Shown here one piece after another: positions 29,702-39,681 of a stretch of DNA of 64,000 nucleotides. The number at the start of each line of letters is the position of its first letter. The stretch's first letter is position 1. Under the pieces are notes generated by a model, which made no database searches, was not told the origin of the DNA, and saw only the letters and a program-made list of their open reading frames with translations. This DNA comes from a virus (lineage: Duplodnaviria > Heunggongvirae > Uroviricota > Caudoviricetes). Position numbers and translations under genes: made by a program. The stretch is from the IMG/VR virus record IMGVR_UViG_3300028048_000076. The stretch is one strand, 5' to 3'.

Positions 29702-31246
29702 ATGGTTGAAAACCTTCATAGAAATTATACCATAATTATTGAAGGAAATCAATCAATATATAATGGAAAGGATATTTGGTACATGATAAAGGTAGATTCC
29801 AAAGCAGTATTTGGAGCTTTCAGTAATGAAGACTTTCGTAAATTCAGAAGGGATAATGAAAAACTGTCAAAACTTATGCATGAGATTGACGAGGAAATTG
29901 TAAATGCTCGTACTCCCAAATTCATATCACGTTTTGACGATTGCGGTAATGTAGGCAAGATTGACGTAATTAATAACAAGAAAATGCGTTTCAGTGCTAA
30001 CCGCTGTGGAAATCCCTTTTGTGCTGTATGTGGACGAGTAAAACAGCAGAAAGAATATGAGCGTATTTTATATGCCATGAATGATTATATTTTTCATAAC
30101 CCTGCAAATTACAATATTCACTTTGTCACTGTATCATTTAAAAACATTCCTGTTGAAGAATATACCGATACTGTAATATCTACACGAAAGGCATTGAGAG
30201 CATTATACAATGCTGCAGGTGTATATACACGTAAAGGTATTGTTGGTCATTCTCTTAGTGGACAGATTGGAAATAAAACTGTTGGTAGTTATTGGAGGTT
30301 TGAATCCACCTATAATTATAAGACAAATGAAATGCATCCTCATTACCACGCAATTGTTGTTATGAAGGAAGGGCAGACTATTTTGCCTGAAGTATGGCGT
30401 GAAGGTTTAATGAAGCAGTTTGATTTGAATTATGAACCGCAGATTTATATTGAACCTGTTCACTTTGAAGAAGAAGATGATATTATTGAAAATGTAGCAA
30501 GAATTTGTCGCTACATGAATAAGGGACAGGATTTCGAGTGGGATAGAATTCCGCACGAAAAGGCTATTTCTTTGGTTCGTCAGATGGTTGTCGATTTGAA
30601 AAAAGTACAGTATTATGTAGCAGCAGGATTCTTTGTTGATAGCAAATATACAAAGACACGCATGAGCAAATGCAAATCAGAACCCATCTTAGATGAAATT
30701 GGTGAACGTACCGAAGGTATGACTGATGAAGAAATTGACAACGTAACAATTGTTAACCCTGAAACAAAAATTGTATATACTCACGAAGAGAAAAAAGTGG
30801 CACAAATGGCTCTATGGAATATGAGCAACACAGCCCTAGCTTGCATGACGAGTGAAGAAGGATTAAAAGGAGCTTTGTCATCAGCGATTTTAAGAATTAA
30901 AAAGAAATGTGCTATGTTTTATGAACAGAAGCAAAATGAATTTAGCAATATATCCATAACAACCTTGGCTACGATTCTCAATCGAGAAAGAGATAGAAGA
31001 GAACGTAGATTGTTCAAAGAACGATTAAAAGAAGAACAAGCGAGGGAAACTTATAAGGTTGTATATAATCGAGTATTAGGACATTATATGGTAACGAGTC
31101 ATACTTATATGGATTCTTTTGGAAATAGAGTATCTGTAGGTTATCAGAGTTATTGTGCTTATGATGAATTCGAAGATAAATTGAATTCTGAAGAAATTAT
31201 CCCCATTGCTGAAAACGTATATGTTTTTAGAGGTGGCGGTGATTAA
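29702..31246 (+). CDS. Rolling-circle Rep (HUH endonuclease, Rep_1-like)
   Basis: RCGNPFCAVC, HFVTVSF (motif I), EMHPHYHAI (motif II), ICRYMNKG (motif III). Confidence 0.75.
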   Translation: MVENLHRNYTIIIEGNQSIYNGKDIWYMIKVDSKAVFGAFSNEDFRKFRRDNEKLSKLMHEIDEEIVNARTPKFISRFDDCGNVGKIDVINNKKMRFSANRCGNPFCAVCGRVKQQKEYERILYAMNDYIFHNPANYNIHFVTVSFKNIPVEEYTDTVISTRKALRALYNAAGVYTRKGIVGHSLSGQIGNKTVGSYWRFESTYNYKTNEMHPHYHAIVVMKEGQTILPEVWREGLMKQFDLNYEPQIYIEPVHFEEEDDIIENVARICRYMNKGQDFEWDRIPHEKAISLVRQMVVDLKKVQYYVAAGFFVDSKYTKTRMSKCKSEPILDEIGERTEGMTDEEIDNVTIVNPETKIVYTHEEKKVAQMALWNMSNTALACMTSEEGLKGALSSAILRIKKKCAMFYEQKQNEFSNISITTLATILNRERDRRERRLFKERLKEEQARETYKVVYNRVLGHYMVTSHTYMDSFGNRVSVGYQSYCAYDEFEDKLNSEEIIPIAENVYVFRGGGD

Positions 31247-31283
31247 AGGACACCGATTTAATATTTGTTAATTGGTGATAGTA

Positions 31284-32231
31284 ATGGAAAAAAGACGAGA
31301 TATGAAATCATACATTTGTGCAAAGCCAAGAAGGATTGCGGAAATTGAGATATTTAATGGGTGTAATGCAAAATGTGTGGTTTGTCCAAGAGGTTTAGGG
31401 TTAATGTCTAACCCTTGTACCACTATGGATTTTGAATTATATAAAAAGATTGTTGATAAATGCGCTGATTTAAAAGTGGAAGGTGTTTCTTTGTTTAGTT
31501 GGGGCGACCCCTTATTGAACAAAGATTTACCTAAATACTGTGAATATGCGCACAACAAAATGGAAGTGTATTTATCTTCCAATTTGAATATGAACGCTGA
31601 TTTTGAAAAATTCTTACCTCATATAAATAGTATGAGTATTTCAGTAAGTGGATTTAAACAGGAAACTTATGAAATCAACCATAGAGGATTGAATATTGAG
31701 AAGGTAAAAAAGAATTTAAGAATCATTGAAAGTGTTTTAGCCAAAATGGAAAAAGCCGATAGACCATATATAGAATTGAAATGGTTTGACTACGACTACA
31801 ATAAAGGCGAATTAGACATGTGGCGTGAATTTTTGGATTTAAGTTTAATCAACATTTATATCATTAAAGGTAATTATAATCCAATCGAAAATCGAGAAAA
31901 GATTGCAAAAGGTCATACATTTACGAATGATGATGAATTTATGGGGCGAGTTTGGATGTCAGGTTATCGTGATATGAATAAGATTGATTTGCGATATTGC
32001 AACTATATTCATAAATTTGCTATTGATGTTCAAGGGCGATTGTTATTGTGTTGTGAACCTATGTATGATGAACGTATGGTAATTGGAGATTTCTTAAAAG
32101 ATGACATTTATGAAATGCAATTAAAAAAACTACATCATAAACAATGTTTGTGCTGTGAGGTTTGGAATGAACAGGTTAATCTTTTAAGAAAACATGAAAT
32201 TGAAGCTATTAAAAATAAGACATTTCTGTAA
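31284..32231 (+). CDS. Radical SAM protein with SPASM/twitch-like C-terminus
   Basis: CNAKCVVC, SWGDPLL, CNY...AIDVQGRLLLCC, CLCC. Confidence 0.85.
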   Translation: MEKRRDMKSYICAKPRRIAEIEIFNGCNAKCVVCPRGLGLMSNPCTTMDFELYKKIVDKCADLKVEGVSLFSWGDPLLNKDLPKYCEYAHNKMEVYLSSNLNMNADFEKFLPHINSMSISVSGFKQETYEINHRGLNIEKVKKNLRIIESVLAKMEKADRPYIELKWFDYDYNKGELDMWREFLDLSLINIYIIKGNYNPIENREKIAKGHTFTNDDEFMGRVWMSGYRDMNKIDLRYCNYIHKFAIDVQGRLLLCCEPMYDERMVIGDFLKDDIYEMQLKKLHHKQCLCCEVWNEQVNLLRKHEIEAIKNKTFL

Positions 32232-32345
32232 GTTAATCGCCTATCAATAATAGGCGATTAAACTTTTTTTCAAAAATGTATTGACATTGGTCAAATATTC
32301 ATATATAATATAATCATTCAGAAGGAAATGAAAGGAATGATATTA

Positions 32346-34322
32346 ATGACAAAATATTCGCAGTTAGAGTTTGCAACTGCAATGTTGGGCTTGTTTAAGG
32401 CACTTCCTTGTGTAGATGAAATGTCTGAGCCTGTAAATCTTAATGATTCTGTAAAGATGGATTTTGTTCGCAAAGGTCTTATTTTATCTGATAAAGTCAT
32501 GCACCTTAAAATGCTGAAAAGCAGAGATATTCACTATGCAATTATCAGTAAAATGGGTCAATCGGCTGCGAAATTCAACAATACATTTTTTGAAAATATT
32601 GATAAGATTAGTTCTATGAAAGATGAAGAATATTATTTTCATCAGATTTTGAACTATCTCAGTTTCAATTTGGCAGATATGGGTCTTATTGATAATAGTG
32701 AGATTTATGTGCCGAACGAGAAAATTGGTATTTCTGAGGATATTCCTCCGTATCATTTGACTGTTGTGCAGGCAATGACCAAAGAGGAAACTAAAGAACG
32801 TATTGAAAAACTTTTGTATACAGGTGTAGCTTTGAAAGAAGAAACTGTATCGAAGATTTTCACTGTTAGTGATTGCTTCGGCTTTACTGATGAACTCGAT
32901 GCTGACAAGGTAAAGAATAAGGAAGCACAGCTTACCCTTTATAAACGTACAAATACAGTACCAAAGAATCCTGACTTCTTTGTACGCTATCTGTACTACC
33001 TTGCAACAGGTTCTACTATGCTTGTAAAGAGCAAACGTACTTATAAAATGTTGAACGATACATTGTGCTATAGCTCGTTAGTATCAAATGATATTGCAGG
33101 TGCATTGCGTAAGTATGTTAGCGATTATGGTTGCGAAACTCTTGCAAAAGCGTTTTATCGCAATAAGAAATTGCTTCTTCTCTTTAAAACTAAAGAAACT
33201 GCATACATTATCAATCGTACTCGCCGTTTGGCAGATAAGTACAAGAAAGCTCCGAAAGTCGGTGTTCTTGATAGATTGTCCGAACTCACTATGAAAGATT
33301 GGGATGATTTTGTTGCTGAAGTGGCTAAACTTAATGTATTTAAGAAAGTTGCTTTGATTAACTACATCATGAATCAGCATAGTGGCAATACAGATAGCTT
33401 GTATTTCATTCGTAATGGTAGAGTATTCTTCCGTGAGAATTACAGCGGTGGCAAGCCTAATATGCGATTCTTACAGCATCTCATTGAGAGTGTTGTGGAA
33501 GAAATGTCTCCTATTGTTGCAGGTAAGAAATTCTATATCCCACAGGGTATTGAATATGCTTTCCCTGTTTCTGAGAAGAAGTTCATTGGTGGCATTCCAT
33601 TCAATTCGAAGTTTACTTTGGAACGTAAGGGTGATGTACTCTTCGGTATTCATTGGTACAACTACGATAATGGTACGAAACACGGTAAAAGAACTGACCT
33701 TGACCTCCATATTACATCTGTATATGGTGAACGTATGGGTTGGAATAGCTATTATCGAGACAGTCAGCGTAGCACCTATTTTACAGGTGATATGACAGAT
33801 GCTCCTCGCAATGAAGGTGGTGCTTCTGAGTTGATGTATTTCACAAAGAATGCAAAACCGAATATGTATTCTGTAGCGATAAACAACTTTACCAACAATA
33901 ATTATCCGTTCCCATTCTCGTTGATTGTAAGCAATGCTGTCAATTATGAGGATGATGATAAGAGTGCTGTGGAAATTTGCAAAGATGCGTTTGTTAACAA
34001 CACTTGCAATTACATGACAGTGAATAATTATCTGAAGTCTGCAAACAATACTATGGGTTATTTCATTTTGAATGAAGATACCGCAGAGTTTGTATTTACA
34101 GATATGCAGGTTGGTAAATGTGTTGTACCGAATTCCATCGACTTCGATACCAAGATGATGAAATATATTTCTACTTATAGCGATACCGTTGTAAAACTGA
34201 AAGATGTTTTGGAATGGTGCAAGGCAGAAATTGTAGATGAACCTGTTGAAGGTTGCGTAAATCTTGATTATCGTGAGCTTGGCGAAACCACAATTCTTGA
34301 TGCTTTCTGCAAAAAGGATTGA
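32346..34322 (+). CDS. Large phage protein with TerD-like C-terminal beta domain
   Basis: FGIHW..RTDLDLH..GWNS..FTGDMTDAP..GASE. Confidence 0.55.
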   Translation: MTKYSQLEFATAMLGLFKALPCVDEMSEPVNLNDSVKMDFVRKGLILSDKVMHLKMLKSRDIHYAIISKMGQSAAKFNNTFFENIDKISSMKDEEYYFHQILNYLSFNLADMGLIDNSEIYVPNEKIGISEDIPPYHLTVVQAMTKEETKERIEKLLYTGVALKEETVSKIFTVSDCFGFTDELDADKVKNKEAQLTLYKRTNTVPKNPDFFVRYLYYLATGSTMLVKSKRTYKMLNDTLCYSSLVSNDIAGALRKYVSDYGCETLAKAFYRNKKLLLLFKTKETAYIINRTRRLADKYKKAPKVGVLDRLSELTMKDWDDFVAEVAKLNVFKKVALINYIMNQHSGNTDSLYFIRNGRVFFRENYSGGKPNMRFLQHLIESVVEEMSPIVAGKKFYIPQGIEYAFPVSEKKFIGGIPFNSKFTLERKGDVLFGIHWYNYDNGTKHGKRTDLDLHITSVYGERMGWNSYYRDSQRSTYFTGDMTDAPRNEGGASELMYFTKNAKPNMYSVAINNFTNNNYPFPFSLIVSNAVNYEDDDKSAVEICKDAFVNNTCNYMTVNNYLKSANNTMGYFILNEDTAEFVFTDMQVGKCVVPNSIDFDTKMMKYISTYSDTVVKLKDVLEWCKAEIVDEPVEGCVNLDYRELGETTILDAFCKKD

Positions 34323-34410
34323 TTTGATAGACCGCTTCGGCGGTCTATTTTTTTACAAAATTATTGACAAAATATACGAAATAAATTATAATAAACATGA
34401 GGTGATTAGA

Positions 34411-35361
34411 ATGGAGCAGAATGTAAAAGATGAATTTTATAAGCATTATAGCGAAAAAGTGCCTAACATTTGCTATTTAACGTTGGCAGGTAGTAAATCA
34501 TATGGTACAAATAATGAAAACTCTGATACAGATATTCGAGGGTTTTACCTTGAAACAAAAGAACAGTTGTTTGGACTAACTAAATATTCTACAGAATATA
34601 CGGATAGTGAAAATGATACTGTATTGTATTCATTTAAGAAGTTCTTGCATTTGTTGAGTAATTGTAATCCTAATGTAATTGAATTGCTTGGTACGAGAAA
34701 CGAAGATGTATTGTATATGACAGCATTATCTAGGGAAATGCGAATGAATGCTGAAATGTTTTTATCCAAACGAGCATATGTAACGTTTGGCGGTTATGCA
34801 GTGCAGCAGTTGCGTAGATTGCAGAACGCTTTGAGTCGCACTGACAATAAATTGAAGGAAGAACAGCTTTTAAAAACATTAAATCAGCAGATTGTTGAAA
34901 ATGTAGATGAATTATCAGCTTTGGGAAAATACGAATTACATATTGATGAAGAATTGAAAATTTCTGCAAATGTAAAAGATATATCTCTTAGAGATTTTTT
35001 GAATTCAAATGCTATTTTGAATAATACTATGCGTAATTTTGATAAAATTGGGCATAGGAATAACAAAAAAGACGAAAATCATTTGAATAAACATGCCATG
35101 CATTTGATTAGATTATATTATATGGGTATTGATATTCTTAAAAATGGTGTTATTAACACTTATCGTGAAAAAGAACACGATTTATTGATGACAATTCGTA
35201 ATGGCGAAATGTCATTTGATAAAGTTTTTGAAATGAGAGATAAACTTGAAGTAGAACTCCAAAAAGCATATGAAGAAAGTAAATTGCCTGAAACTGCTGA
35301 TATGAATAAAATTAATAAGTTCTGCATTGATGTATTAAATACGAATTTGAGGTGGGAATGA
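34411..35361 (+). CDS. DNA polymerase beta-superfamily nucleotidyltransferase (Nuc-transf/RlaP-like)
   Basis: LAGSKSYGTNNENSDTDIRG, NPNVIELL, KHAMHLIRL. Confidence 0.85.
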   Translation: MEQNVKDEFYKHYSEKVPNICYLTLAGSKSYGTNNENSDTDIRGFYLETKEQLFGLTKYSTEYTDSENDTVLYSFKKFLHLLSNCNPNVIELLGTRNEDVLYMTALSREMRMNAEMFLSKRAYVTFGGYAVQQLRRLQNALSRTDNKLKEEQLLKTLNQQIVENVDELSALGKYELHIDEELKISANVKDISLRDFLNSNAILNNTMRNFDKIGHRNNKKDENHLNKHAMHLIRLYYMGIDILKNGVINTYREKEHDLLMTIRNGEMSFDKVFEMRDKLEVELQKAYEESKLPETADMNKINKFCIDVLNTNLRWE

Positions 35362-35741
35362 TGGCTAAAATTGTTGTTGCAGGTGGGAGAACATATACAA
35401 ATACAGGCATGGTTTTTATTTGTTTGGAAGATATTGTTCAAAAAGATGATGTAATTATTTCAGGTCATGCTAAAGGCGTAGATATGATGGGAGAATTTTA
35501 TGCCCAAAAGAACAATTTAGTTTGTGAAATCTATCCTGCGGAATGGGACAAATATGGAAGAAGTGCAGGCCCTAGACGTAATGAGAAAATGGCACAGATT
35601 GCAGATAAGGTAGTTGTATTTTGGGACTTCAAATCTCGTGGTACAAAAAACATGATTGATATGGCTAAAAAATATAAGAAAGAGTTGTTCATCTTTGATT
35701 ATTTTGGCAATTTAAAACAACATTTTTTATTCAATGATTAA
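35358..35741 (+). CDS. SLOG-family (DUF2493) protein
   Basis: VAGGR, ISGHAKGVD, AEWDKYGRSAGPRRN, SRGTKNMI. Confidence 0.85.
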   Translation: MMAKIVVAGGRTYTNTGMVFICLEDIVQKDDVIISGHAKGVDMMGEFYAQKNNLVCEIYPAEWDKYGRSAGPRRNEKMAQIADKVVVFWDFKSRGTKNMIDMAKKYKKELFIFDYFGNLKQHFLFND

Positions 35742-35795
35742 TATAATCAAAAAACCTGTTCTATATAGAACAGGTTTTTTGATATTGGAATATAT

Positions 35796-36587
35796 TTATT
35801 TTTGCTTAAAGTAGATTTCAAGCATTTTATCTAAGAGATTGCCTGAAAGGAGGTAAGGGTAACGACCAAAGAATGAATCACCGATGAAATTATTAGAAGC
35901 AAGAGATTCATCGCATTCTTCGGTGTTGCATTCCCAATATTTAAGCTCGTCCATATGAATCATAACAGATAAGAAATCACAATCATGGATGATAAAATAT
36001 ACTGCTTTTTCTGCAACTGAATCGTCCTTTTTGAACATTTTTGCTTTATGGCAGACAAAAGCCTTAATAGCCTTTTCAATGAACCAAGGATTAACGGCAT
36101 TAATATTAATAGTTTCTTTTTCCTTAGTGAGTTTATCATATGCTTCGAGGTAATCTTTACGTACCATAGGGGTATTTTCAAGTTCTGCAAATTTTTCGTC
36201 ATAAATTTTTCTGTTTTCTGCCATCAAATCAGAATTTTTCTCACTAATTTCCTCAAAAAAGTGAGAAAAAGAATCATCAGCGTAACCATTATTAGCGCAG
36301 TAATCAATGAGTTCGAGATAATTCGAATATTTTCTAGCAGGTTTAGATTTAGATTTGGATTTTTTAGGCATAGTAATCACTCCTTTTCGTTTTTTTATAG
36401 CATTAACGATATTTTTCACGCCGTGTTCAGACAATCTATCACCGTTATCGAAATGAACGGTAAAGAATTGAACTGTACGGTTATTAACGAAATCAATATC
36501 AACGAAAGTATCAGTAATGTCATGCTGATATTTTTTTGGAATATATTTTGCTAAGTCTGCATTATCTTTCATGTTTAAAACCTCCAT
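35796..36587 (-). CDS. Hypothetical protein
   Basis: 263-aa ORF. Confidence 0.65.
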   Translation of the reverse strand: MEVLNMKDNADLAKYIPKKYQHDITDTFVDIDFVNNRTVQFFTVHFDNGDRLSEHGVKNIVNAIKKRKGVITMPKKSKSKSKPARKYSNYLELIDYCANNGYADDSFSHFFEEISEKNSDLMAENRKIYDEKFAELENTPMVRKDYLEAYDKLTKEKETININAVNPWFIEKAIKAFVCHKAKMFKKDDSVAEKAVYFIIHDCDFLSVMIHMDELKYWECNTEECDESLASNNFIGDSFFGRYPYLLSGNLLDKMLEIYFKQK

Positions 36588-36718
36588 TCGTTTTATGGTT
36601 ATATTATAACATTCAACTGATATTTTGTCAACACTTTTTTTAAAACAACAAATGTACAGAAGTTTACAAAATAATTACTTATCTTCTATAATATTAACAA
36701 AAAAAGGAGGTTTGAGGA

Positions 36719-37063
36719 ATGACTATGAAAGATTTTTTCAAAAAGATGTTTGATGAAGCTGATGATAGAAATAAGGCACAGATTGCGTATATTATATCTC
36801 ATTTTGTTAATAAAGATGTAACTATGATTTTAACAGATGAAGATAGTTTGACAAAATTCATTGATGCACATGATTCAATGCATAATAAAAAAATTGGGTT
36901 TTATGATGATGATGAATTTGTAGAAGTATTTGTCTGCGAACCTTATAAGTACGGAAGCGGAATGTTATTAACACCTACTGAAAAATTGAAAGAGTTTTTA
37001 GATACAATTGAATGTAAAAAACTTGTAACAGAATTTAGCTTTGCTTTGCTAAAAGAACATTAA
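36719..37063 (+). CDS. Hypothetical protein
   Basis: 114-aa ORF, AGGAGG RBS. Confidence 0.7.
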   Translation: MTMKDFFKKMFDEADDRNKAQIAYIISHFVNKDVTMILTDEDSLTKFIDAHDSMHNKKIGFYDDDEFVEVFVCEPYKYGSGMLLTPTEKLKEFLDTIECKKLVTEFSFALLKEH

Positions 37064-37076
37064 GAGGTGATAGATT

Positions 37077-37781
37077 GTGAAAAATAGAGTTCCTGTTAAT
37101 TTGAATATTATGGCAATAGATATAGGACTAAATTATCTTGGAGCTTGTACAACTACAACACATGACCACTTTTTGTTGGATGGACATTTGTTAAAATCCT
37201 GGTCATTTTTCTATTTGAAAAAAGTGCATGAATTAGAAAAGATTAATCCACAATCCAAAAGAATTTATAAATATAAACAAAAAAACCTTGCCTATATCAA
37301 TCAGTATATTTTCAAAGTAAACTCTTATCTGAAAAGATATTGTAAAAAAAACAAAATCCATACGATAATTATCGGTAAAATTCCGACAAAGAAGATTAAG
37401 AAAAATAATTTGTTCTTTAACATGGATTATGATTATCAAAATGTCAATTCGTATATAATGTCTTGTATGTACTATGAGACAATTGATATGGCGAAGCAGA
37501 ACAATATATCTGTTGTATTTATTGATGAAGCACATACATCCAATTGTAGTTTTTATGATAATGAATGGCTTATTTACAAACATCGTAAAGGGAGAGTTTG
37601 TAGAGGAAGATTTAAAACGTTTGATGGGCATAATGTCCATGCAGATATAAATGCTAGTTTAAATTTCTTTAGGAAAAATGAAAAATGTGAACGGTTATTG
37701 GATTTTGAAAAAGCAAAGGAAAGAATGCTTTTACATCCACGAAAAGTATTCTTTCCTGACAACAATCAAAAAAAATTATAA
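37077..37781 (+). CDS. Truncated TnpB (IS200/IS605 OrfB)-like RuvC-domain protein
   Basis: AIDIGLNYL, IDEAHTSNCSFYD, GRFKT, HADINASLN; N-terminal region missing and no tnpA nearby. Confidence 0.75.
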   Translation: MKNRVPVNLNIMAIDIGLNYLGACTTTTHDHFLLDGHLLKSWSFFYLKKVHELEKINPQSKRIYKYKQKNLAYINQYIFKVNSYLKRYCKKNKIHTIIIGKIPTKKIKKNNLFFNMDYDYQNVNSYIMSCMYYETIDMAKQNNISVVFIDEAHTSNCSFYDNEWLIYKHRKGRVCRGRFKTFDGHNVHADINASLNFFRKNEKCERLLDFEKAKERMLLHPRKVFFPDNNQKKL

Positions 37782-37796
37782 AAATATATTTTTGTG

Positions 37797-37830
37797 TTGA
37801 CAAATATATATGAAAAGTATATAATAAGAA
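37797..37830 (+). promoter_or_regulatory. Promoter of a small RNA
   Basis: TTGACA followed by TATAAT; no RBS or ORF downstream. Confidence 0.7.
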
Positions 37831-37914
37831 TGTAATCGCTGATGCGATTATACAGTTTGTTTTTCATTTTAACAATCTCCGACTTCTCACTTTGTTCGGT
37901 TGAAGTGGGGAGTT
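37831..37914 (+). ncRNA. Candidate ~85-nt small RNA
   Basis: 5' hairpin TAATCGC/GCGATTA, U-rich linker, 3' hairpin; bounded by a promoter and an HDV-like ribozyme. Confidence 0.5.
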
Positions 37915-37980
37915 GGCACTATGATACAGCCTTTCCGTGGCAGTGCTATAAGTAGTTCGCAAGAACGAAACCAATGTATC
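37915..37980 (+). ncRNA. HDV-like ribozyme 1
   Basis: P1 GGCACT/AGTGCT, P2 GATACA/TGTATC, P3 GCC/GGC, L3 TTTCCGT, P4 GTTC/GAAC, J4/2 GAAACCAA. Confidence 0.85.
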
Positions 37981-38068
37981 AATCCTTTCAATATATAAAT
38001 ATTGGAAAAATCTCCCACGCCTTTTCTACCTTTATCAACGTGGGAGATTTTTTTGTGAGGGACATGTA

Positions 38069-38404
38069 ATGATATATACAACATATTTTGCGAAAACAAA
38101 ATTAATTAAGGAAAAAGATAAACTTGTTTCAATAACAAGATTTCCTCCTAAAAATATTAGCATGAAATCATTTCAGAAATTAGCACCATCAAAAGAATTG
38201 TTAAATAAGTATAAAACAGATGGTGATAAAGAATATTTCATTAACGAATTCAATAAGTATTTAGATTCATTAGATGCAAAAGCATTTGCTGAATTTTTAG
38301 ATGGATATATTCTTTGTTGCTATGAAAAATCAACGGATTTTTGTCATAGACATTTAGTTGCAGAATGGTTTAGAAGAAATGGCTATGGTTGTGAGGAGTT
38401 ATAA
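38069..38404 (+). CDS. DUF488 family protein
   Basis: IYTTYF, LAPSKELL, LCCYEK..FCHRHLVAEW. Confidence 0.8.
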   Translation: MIYTTYFAKTKLIKEKDKLVSITRFPPKNISMKSFQKLAPSKELLNKYKTDGDKEYFINEFNKYLDSLDAKAFAEFLDGYILCCYEKSTDFCHRHLVAEWFRRNGYGCEEL

Positions 38405-38599
38405 TGAACGTTACATTGGTATATGGTGGCAAACGTATTAACGTGGAATCTGTGGATGCAATAATAAAACGTGAGCGTGGAGAAGAAGTATTCATTAACT
38501 TGCTGTCACATGATTCTCTTGACGTTGATAATTACATTAGTAAATTAAAAAGTTTAGACGGAACAAAATATAAAATGTGAAAATATTTTTGTAAAACGC

Positions 38600-38911
38600 T
38601 TGACAAATATGTACAAAGATTGTATAATAAGAATGTAGTTGAGAGATAAACAAATGACTTGAATGTTTCATTAATTCTTTCAATAAATTCTAAAAAAGTG
38701 CTTGACAAGATAAAGACATTTTGATATAATAATAAATGTCAAAAGCGAGAAATTAAATTGACTTGATTGTAACAATTAATTCTCGAAAATCTTAAAAAAA
38801 AGTGCTTGACAATAACATTGAAAAATGTTATAATAAAGAAGTCGATTGAGATTGAAATAAATCAAAATCACAAAAAAAGATGTTGACAAATTATCACAAA
38901 AGTGATATAAT
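38600..38911 (+). promoter_or_regulatory. Four tandem consensus sigma70 promoters driving the RNA cluster
   Basis: TTGACA at 38600, 38702, 38806 and 38883, each with TATAAT at 17 bp and an A-rich upstream tract. Confidence 0.85.
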
Positions 38912-38917
38912 AAAGAA

Positions 38918-39188
38918 GTCAGTTAAGGCGACCTACTCTCAACGGAGTAAAACAACAAGTAGTTGAGAGAATAAAAGTAAAGGATAGTACCACTTCTTAT
39001 ATTCATGCTATACATGATTTAGAAATAAGAGCCTGACTGATGGCGAAAGAGAATTCTTAGGAGTTATGACCCCTGTAGGACAAGGCATAACATTATCATC
39101 CGAATAAGGTTGCAGTCTTATGAAGGTGCTTAAAAAAAATTCGTTAGGTCTTTGAAGGTTATTTTTCCATTCTCTACCTTCAGAGATA
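38918..39188 (+). ncRNA. Unidentified ~270-nt structured RNA A
   Basis: No ORF; hairpins CTCTCAAC/GTTGAGAG, TTATG/CATAA, TCTTTGAAGGT/ACCTTCAGAGA; ends at a ribozyme cleavage site. Confidence 0.5.
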
Positions 39189-39260
39189 GCAATTCAATAA
39201 CACATACCGTCACGAGGTGAATTGTGTAATTAGTCAGAAATGATGAAACTAAATTGTGTG
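39189..39260 (+). ncRNA. HDV-like ribozyme 2
   Basis: P1 GCAATTC/GAATTGT, P2 ACACA/TGTGT, P3 ACC/GGT, L3 GTCACGA, P4 GTCA/TGAT, J4/2 GAAACTAA. Confidence 0.8.
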
Positions 39261-39271
39261 AAATTTAATAC

Positions 39272-39346
39272 TGCCCAATCGTCTAACGGTTAGGATGACA
39301 GACTTTGAATCTGTAGGTGTTGTTTCGACTACAACTTGGGCTGCCA
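39272..39346 (+). tRNA. tRNA-Gln(TTG)
   Basis: Cloverleaf, CT-TTG-AA loop, encoded CCA. Confidence 0.9.
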
Positions 39347-39419
39347 ATGATTTTTAAAACTTCAGACTTGATGTGAAAATATCGTTTCTTCCTGTTTTCT
39401 GAAGTTTTGAAATAAATTT

Positions 39420-39681
39420 GAATAATCTGCCTAACAATGGATTGATAATTGTCTTTTTAAGACATGGGCAGAAAAACGTTGCAAAAGCAATATAAATCCT
39501 AAGTCTTACAGAATCATGTGATGGCCTCCGAAAATCAATGATTTGTGTTTGAACTTCTACTAAAATTAGTAAGATAGGGACGAATTGCACTGCGAAAGCT
39601 GTATATCCCTGAATGTAACGCGCTGTATGTATCACATAACAGATGAAGTTGGGAGTACCCTATAGGAAACTATGGGGATAT
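39420..39681 (+). ncRNA. Unidentified ~260-nt structured RNA B
   Basis: Helices TCTGCCT/GGGCAGA, TGTCTT/AAGACA, AACTTC/GAAGTT, GGGA/TCCC, CCCTATAG/CTATGGGG; ends at a ribozyme cleavage site. The 5' end is approximate. Confidence 0.5.

Noticed and set aside
37077-37781. Active IS200/IS605 element
   Set aside because: There is no TnpA, no clear subterminal hairpins, and TnpB is N-terminally truncated.
37887-38099. 70-aa minus-strand ORF
   Set aside because: It overlaps ribozyme 1 and the DUF488 start; likely spurious.
39354-39635. 93-aa minus-strand ORF
   Set aside because: It is antisense to the structured RNA inside a strongly promoted plus-strand cluster, with no convincing RBS or motif.
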